In this document: positions 59,006 through 64,000 of the stretch, piece by piece
Numbering within the stretch: position 1 is the first letter of the stretch
How the letters are laid out: each line of letters begins with the position of its first letter
Translations under genes and position numbers: made by a program
The notes under the pieces: model-generated
What the model was told of the DNA's origin: nothing
Seen by the model: only the letters and a program-made list of their open reading frames with translations
Databases searched by the model: none
NCBI GenBank assembly: GCA_049610685.1
Contig: JBMYZU010000007.1
Span: forward strand, 10,954 to 74,953
Origin: Chitinophagales bacterium
GTDB lineage: Bacteria > Bacteroidota > Bacteroidia > Chitinophagales > UBA8649
Direction: 5' to 3'
DNA length: 64,000 nt

Positions 59006-59452
59006 ATGGCAATATCTTGGATTGATAAACCCTTTGAAAAGCTTAGCAATCTCGAACTCTACAACATTATGACCCTTCGCCAGGAAGTGTTTATTGTTGA
59101 GCAGGATTGTGTCTATCTCGATAATGATGGAAAGGATGAAGGCGCTTGGCATATCTGGGCCGAAGATAAACTAAGTAACATTATAGCCTATGCTCGAATT
59201 CTAGCTCCCAACGTGAGTTATGAGGAAGCAAGCTTATCCCGCATAGTAACTCATCAAGACTACCGCAGTAAAGGGCTTGGCCAAGAACTTATGACACGTT
59301 CGTTAGACCTAATGCAATCCCTTCATGGAAGTGGACAATGTAGAATATCGGCGCAGTCCTATCTTTTGGGTTTTTACAAGAGCTTTGGCTTCCAGTCCAC
59401 AGGAGACGAATACCTAGAGGATGGCATTCCTCATATTCAAATGTATAGATAG
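59006..59452 (+). CDS. elaA: ElaA-like GNAT acetyltransferase
   Basis: LY.I..LR.EVF.VEQ.C.Y.D.D, ISAQ.YL..FY, YLEDGIPH..M. Confidence 0.9.
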   Translation: MAISWIDKPFEKLSNLELYNIMTLRQEVFIVEQDCVYLDNDGKDEGAWHIWAEDKLSNIIAYARILAPNVSYEEASLSRIVTHQDYRSKGLGQELMTRSLDLMQSLHGSGQCRISAQSYLLGFYKSFGFQSTGDEYLEDGIPHIQMYR

Positions 59453-59461
59453 TTAGACCTT

Positions 59462-61057
59462 TTATCCGGCCATTAAATCTACCTTGAACTCCGAGGTTGT
59501 ATAGAATCGAATATCCGGGAAATCTTCGCGGCAAACTTTGAGTATCCAAGCTGAATCAGCCAGAAATACATCGTTATCATCCTTATCCTTGACCACATGT
59601 TGATGCTTACGCTTTTTGAACTCGGCCATGGCCTCTGGCTTATCACTTCGAATCCAACAAGCCTTGTAGTAGTTTAAGGGTTGAAAATCCATTTTAGCAC
59701 CATACTCCCCTAGCAAGCGGTGTTGAATCACTTCAAATTGGAGAGGCCCCACAGTTCCCAAGATCTTACGTTGACCGACAGGGTGAATAAACAATTGAGC
59801 AACCCCTTCATCCGATAACTGACGAATCCCTTTATCCAATTGCTTGGACTTCATCGGATCACGATTAACGACTTCTTTAAAGATCTCTGGAGAGAAACTT
59901 GGAATTCCTTTGAAAAACAACTCCTCCCCTTCGGTAAGTGTATCTCCTATTTTAAAATTCCCCGCATCATACAGTCCGACGACATCTCCTGGAAAGGCCA
60001 TATCCACAATTGATTTCTTTGACGCCATAAAAGACGTAGGGTTGCTGAAACGCAACTTCTTGTTTATTCGTGTATGCATGTAAAAGGTGTTTCGTTCAAA
60101 AACCCCACTACAAATGCGCAAAAAAGCAATTCGATCTCGGTGCTTTGGATCAAGATTAGCATGAATCTTAAATACGAAGCCGGTAAACTTCTTTTCTAGG
60201 GGCTCAACCATTCGTGCTTGGGTTGGGCGGGCGACAGGAGACGGCGCAATTTTTAAGAAATAATCCAACAACTCCTGTACACCGAAATTATTAATCGCAG
60301 AGCCAAAAAATACTGGAGCTAATTGCCCATTGAGGTAGGCCTCTTGGTCAAAATCATCGTATAACTCATTGAGAAACTCCAAATCTTCATCGAGTTGCTC
60401 TGCGAACGTGTTACCAATGAAATTGGTCAGGTCCTCAGACTCTTTATCCTTGAAGACCGTCATTTCTTCGCCAGCACTTCCTGCGGTAAAGGCCGTCATT
60501 TGATGATCTTGCAAATGCCATACGCCTTTAAACTCCTTTCCAATACCCACGGGCCAGGTCACAGGAAATACTTGAATACCGAGTTTTTCTTCAACCTCTT
60601 CAATCAAATCATAAGGATCTCGACCATCTCGGTCCATTTTATTGATGAATACTTGCACGGGAGTATCCCGCATACGACAAACCTCCATCAACTTTTCAGT
60701 TTGCTCCTCTACCCCCTTTACGCAATCAATTACAAGAATCACGCTATCGACCGCCGTCAAGGTGCGGTAAGTATCCTCTGCGAAATCTTTGTGGCCAGGA
60801 GTATCCAAAATGTTGATCAGTCTATTATCGTATTCAAAAGACATTACCGACGTGGCAACCGATATTCCCCGTTGCTTTTCAATTTCCATAAAGTCAGAAG
60901 CCGTCGTCTTTTTAACCTTATTGGACTTTACTGCACCAGCCGTTTGAATTGCCCCTCCAAACAACAGTAATTTCTCAGTCAGTGTTGTTTTTCCACTATC
61001 AGGGTGCGCGATAACAGCAAAGGTTTTCCTTCTAGCGATTTCGTTTTCAACATTCAT
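59462..61057 (-). CDS. prfC: Peptide chain release factor 3
   Basis: [45 protein letters not shown]. Confidence 0.98.
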   Translation of the reverse strand: MNVENEIARRKTFAVIAHPDSGKTTLTEKLLLFGGAIQTAGAVKSNKVKKTTASDFMEIEKQRGISVATSVMSFEYDNRLINILDTPGHKDFAEDTYRTLTAVDSVILVIDCVKGVEEQTEKLMEVCRMRDTPVQVFINKMDRDGRDPYDLIEEVEEKLGIQVFPVTWPVGIGKEFKGVWHLQDHQMTAFTAGSAGEEMTVFKDKESEDLTNFIGNTFAEQLDEDLEFLNELYDDFDQEAYLNGQLAPVFFGSAINNFGVQELLDYFLKIAPSPVARPTQARMVEPLEKKFTGFVFKIHANLDPKHRDRIAFLRICSGVFERNTFYMHTRINKKLRFSNPTSFMASKKSIVDMAFPGDVVGLYDAGNFKIGDTLTEGEELFFKGIPSFSPEIFKEVVNRDPMKSKQLDKGIRQLSDEGVAQLFIHPVGQRKILGTVGPLQFEVIQHRLLGEYGAKMDFQPLNYYKACWIRSDKPEAMAEFKKRKHQHVVKDKDDNDVFLADSAWILKVCREDFPDIRFYTTSEFKVDLMAG

Positions 61058-61114
61058 GAATGCGAATATGCGGAGATTTTAATTGAGGTGTATTTTTTTA
61101 TCTAAGTTTGAGTC

Positions 61115-62659
61115 ATGTTAAAGAAACTTAAATTCATTGGTGGCGTGGCATTGAGCGCACTCTGCCTACTCCCAAATGTATTGACGGCACAGGAAGTTCA
61201 GGCTCCAACACCGAGTCAACAGGCCCAAGTAAATCTTTTTACGATTCCTAATCAATCGGCGTCCTATGTGAGAATGCCTGCCAGACAGGCAAGCCAAGAG
61301 ATTGATGCTGTATTCTTCAATCCAGCAGGAACGGTAAATCTTGACGAGGGCTTTCATTTCACATTTAATAATCAAATGCTGAACCAGTGGGTTGAAATCG
61401 ATAATGACTATGTCTTTTTTGACCGTCCGAAAAGCTATTCAGGAAAGGCTTCTGGATACATCTTCCCGAGTACCTTTCTCGCCTACAAGAAAGGAAATTG
61501 GAATTTTCATGGAGGTATTATGATGGTTGCCGGAGCAGGAGGTGCAAAATTCTCTGATTTACCAGCTTCCGATCGAGGAGTTGCAGATATTATTCCTGCC
61601 CTTCAAGCTTCTTTTCTTAACACCATTGATGCTGATGAAGCAGCGCTTGGAAACTATGCGAATTATTCGGGGCTAACTGACTACCGGTACAACTTTGAGA
61701 GCCAAGGCGTTGGGTTTAGCCCGGGAGGACTTATCGGTGTTGCCTACAAAATCAATGATTGGGTCTCGGTTGGTGCGCAGGTACGATATGCTCAGCAAAT
61801 TACTCAAGCAGAAGGCTACGTAACCGATATTGAAGTGTATCACCCCGATCTAGGAGGATGGCAAAGTCCAGAAACCTATTTATATCGAGTAGAGGATTCA
61901 ACAGGAAGTACGGTCGCTGGCCTTGCTGCACTAGCCTATGCTGAACTCGGTGCAGATCGGTACATTGATGTAAAGCAACAGGATGGTGCTTTTACCCCCA
62001 TTGTATCCATACAAATCACGCCTCACGAGGACATTGTCCTAGCGGCTAAATATGAGCACAAAACGGACTTTGATTTGGTCACCGAAGTCATTGATGGCAA
62101 AGATGGTGGAGGAGTTTACACAGACAAAGAAGTCATCTCAAGTGACTTGCCCGCTTACCTTGGCCTAGGATTAAGTTACACACCTAATGATCGATTGACC
62201 CTCACCTATTCTTTCAAGCAGCGATTCTTTAAACAAGCTGACCTCAATGGAAGAGAAGAAGAGATTGAAAGCAATCAAAATGAAAATGAGTTTGCCATAG
62301 AATATGCTATTACGCCACGATTGGCTGTGAGCGGTGGATACTCTTACTACAATTCGGCAGGTTTCAAGCCCACATATCATCGAGATGGAGACTTTTTGCT
62401 TTCTGCGCACTCTATTGCAGGCGGGGCAGCCTTTAATGTGTCGGATAAAACACGTCTTAATATAGGAGCGCTCTTTACCCATTCTATTCCGCAAACACAT
62501 ACTCTACCTCACTTGTATGCTGACGGCGAAGCCATTGCTGTAGCGCCTGCAGGATATGTTCCAGAATATCAAGCCACTTTCCGCAAACGATCCCTCATCT
62601 TTAGTGTTGGAGTCGACATGCATTTTGGAAAAAAATCAAGTACTAATAACTCTCTGTAA
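61115..62659 (+). CDS. OmpP1/FadL family outer-membrane transporter
   Basis: Signal peptide; NQSASYVRMPARQAS..IDAVFFNPAG; beta-barrel strands. Confidence 0.82.
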   Translation: MLKKLKFIGGVALSALCLLPNVLTAQEVQAPTPSQQAQVNLFTIPNQSASYVRMPARQASQEIDAVFFNPAGTVNLDEGFHFTFNNQMLNQWVEIDNDYVFFDRPKSYSGKASGYIFPSTFLAYKKGNWNFHGGIMMVAGAGGAKFSDLPASDRGVADIIPALQASFLNTIDADEAALGNYANYSGLTDYRYNFESQGVGFSPGGLIGVAYKINDWVSVGAQVRYAQQITQAEGYVTDIEVYHPDLGGWQSPETYLYRVEDSTGSTVAGLAALAYAELGADRYIDVKQQDGAFTPIVSIQITPHEDIVLAAKYEHKTDFDLVTEVIDGKDGGGVYTDKEVISSDLPAYLGLGLSYTPNDRLTLTYSFKQRFFKQADLNGREEEIESNQNENEFAIEYAITPRLAVSGGYSYYNSAGFKPTYHRDGDFLLSAHSIAGGAAFNVSDKTRLNIGALFTHSIPQTHTLPHLYADGEAIAVAPAGYVPEYQATFRKRSLIFSVGVDMHFGKKSSTNNSL

Positions 62660-64000
62660 ATGAAAAATCTCCAGAAACTCTTCATGGCTTCAATCGCCAT
62701 GAACCTCGCATTTTCCTCGTTTGCACAAACACCTATAACGAATGATGAAGAAGTCATAGATCCGGTATTAATTAAGAGCGTGCGTGTTGAAGCCGTAGAG
62801 TTTGAAACCCTACCCTATCGCAGCATTACTCAGATTCCAGCGGTTCATATTCATGGAATGCTACAACGTATACCCGGCCTTGACCTGCGTCGTCGCGGTG
62901 TAGCCGGTAGCCAGGCTGATTTGAGTTACCGTGGAGGAACTTTTGAGCAGACTCAAGTACGACTCGATGGATGGATCTTAAATGATGCACAAACTGGGCA
63001 TCATACCATGAACTTACCCATTGATGCAATGGGTGTGCGTATGGTTTCTATGCATAGCGGACCTAACAGCTGGGTTTATGGTGCGGGAGCAGCTAACGGT
63101 ATGTTAGAGATCGAAAGCCGAGCAAGCCGCAGTAATGGAGGGAGTGACAGCCTAGTATCAACACTTGGTCTTCATGGCTATATAGGGTCTTCCTTTCAAC
63201 AAGACGACTCTACAGGCAAAGCTTATCTTGGTCAGGGACTCACCGTGGATGGTGACTGGATTACCAAAAATACCGTGCAATATTGGTCTGTAGGTGGCGA
63301 ATGGGGTAACGGCTTTCGGTATAACTCGGGATACCGAAACCTCAATTCGATATATAATGGAACCTGGAATATCGATAAAAAGCATGCGCTAAAATGGATT
63401 CTTGCATCGCTCTACAATAAGTTTGGTGCGAGAGACTATTACGCTTCACCCGTAGACCGAGAAGCCGAAGAAGAAGTCAATACGTCCATGCAAGGCTTAG
63501 GCTATGTATTCAAAAACAAACAACATTCGTTTGATTTTCGTGTTATGCACCGTCTCAATAAAGACATCTACACCTTTGTGCGTCAGGATCCTAGCATTTT
63601 TCAAAATAACCATCGAACGAATCAAAACAATGTTAGTGCTAGTTATGCCTTTCAACCCAAACTCGTTCTAGGTAATGACCTTTTTAAGCTTGGGGAATCC
63701 AGTCTTTTGGCTGAAGCACGGCATACCATTATTAGCAGTCCACTTGCAGATACCACAAGAGCAGATATAGGCCTGCGTGCTATGCAACGTTTTGATTTCC
63801 TACAAGAGCGATTAGTAGTTCATGCAGGGTTGTACCTTAATCACAACACGGATTATGGCACAAGACTCTATCCTGGCGGAAGCTTTGTCTTTAGTCCTTC
63901 GCTAATGATTGAAATCTCGGGCATGTATGGTATGGGCTTCCGAAATCCTAGCTTCACCGATTTGTATTATGACGGACCAAGAAACATTGGTAATCCATCC
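62660..64000 (+). CDS. TonB-dependent receptor, partial (runs off the window)
   Basis: ATG 62660 (MKNLQKLF...); plug IPGLDLRRRG..G.QADLSYRGGTFEQT...DG....D.QTGHH.MNLP; GFRNPSFTDLYY near the edge. Confidence 0.88.
   Translation, partial: MKNLQKLFMASIAMNLAFSSFAQTPITNDEEVIDPVLIKSVRVEAVEFETLPYRSITQIPAVHIHGMLQRIPGLDLRRRGVAGSQADLSYRGGTFEQTQVRLDGWILNDAQTGHHTMNLPIDAMGVRMVSMHSGPNSWVYGAGAANGMLEIESRASRSNGGSDSLVSTLGLHGYIGSSFQQDDSTGKAYLGQGLTVDGDWITKNTVQYWSVGGEWGNGFRYNSGYRNLNSIYNGTWNIDKKHALKWILASLYNKFGARDYYASPVDREAEEEVNTSMQGLGYVFKNKQHSFDFRVMHRLNKDIYTFVRQDPSIFQNNHRTNQNNVSASYAFQPKLVLGNDLFKLGESSLLAEARHTIISSPLADTTRADIGLRAMQRFDFLQERLVVHAGLYLNHNTDYGTRLYPGGSFVFSPSLMIEISGMYGMGFRNPSFTDLYYDGPRNIGNPS

Noticed and set aside
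62826-63385. Short minus-strand ORFs near the right edge, and the many other 60-190 aa overlapping ORFs in the track
   Set aside because: They are antisense or alternate-frame shadows of well-supported genes (here the partial TBDR from 62660) with no recognisable motifs.

Overview
64-kb chromosomal window from a free-living Bacteroidota bacterium. The assignment is inferred from TAnnTTTG-type promoters, several T9SS type-A C-terminal sorting domains, glutamine synthetase type III, and the exbB-exbD-tonB-folC and gyrA-TPR synteny. It is mostly core genome: folC, gyrA, purL, glnA(III), mnmA, mltG, ddl, iscS, glmM, prfC, tRNA-fMet and tRNA-Ser. Accessory or unusual modules are interspersed: (1) a secreted protein made of an NADase-type glycan-binding domain plus a C-terminal Hint (intein/Hedgehog-like) domain that lacks the terminal His-Asn; (2) a TonB-like protein with a CBM-like module inserted in its periplasmic linker, followed by two small tandem paralogues; (3) three tandem membrane-anchored coiled-coil paralogues, two of which share a nearly identical 176-bp upstream+N-terminal cassette in front of divergent bodies; (4) a cobalamin-riboswitch operon headed by two secreted candidate B12-binding proteins; (5) an MbnP/MbnH-like pair plus a YHYH protein; (6) a C-rich dispersed intergenic element. 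No CRISPR array, transposase, integrase or prophage was seen. All family assignments come from motif recognition by eye; no database searches were run.
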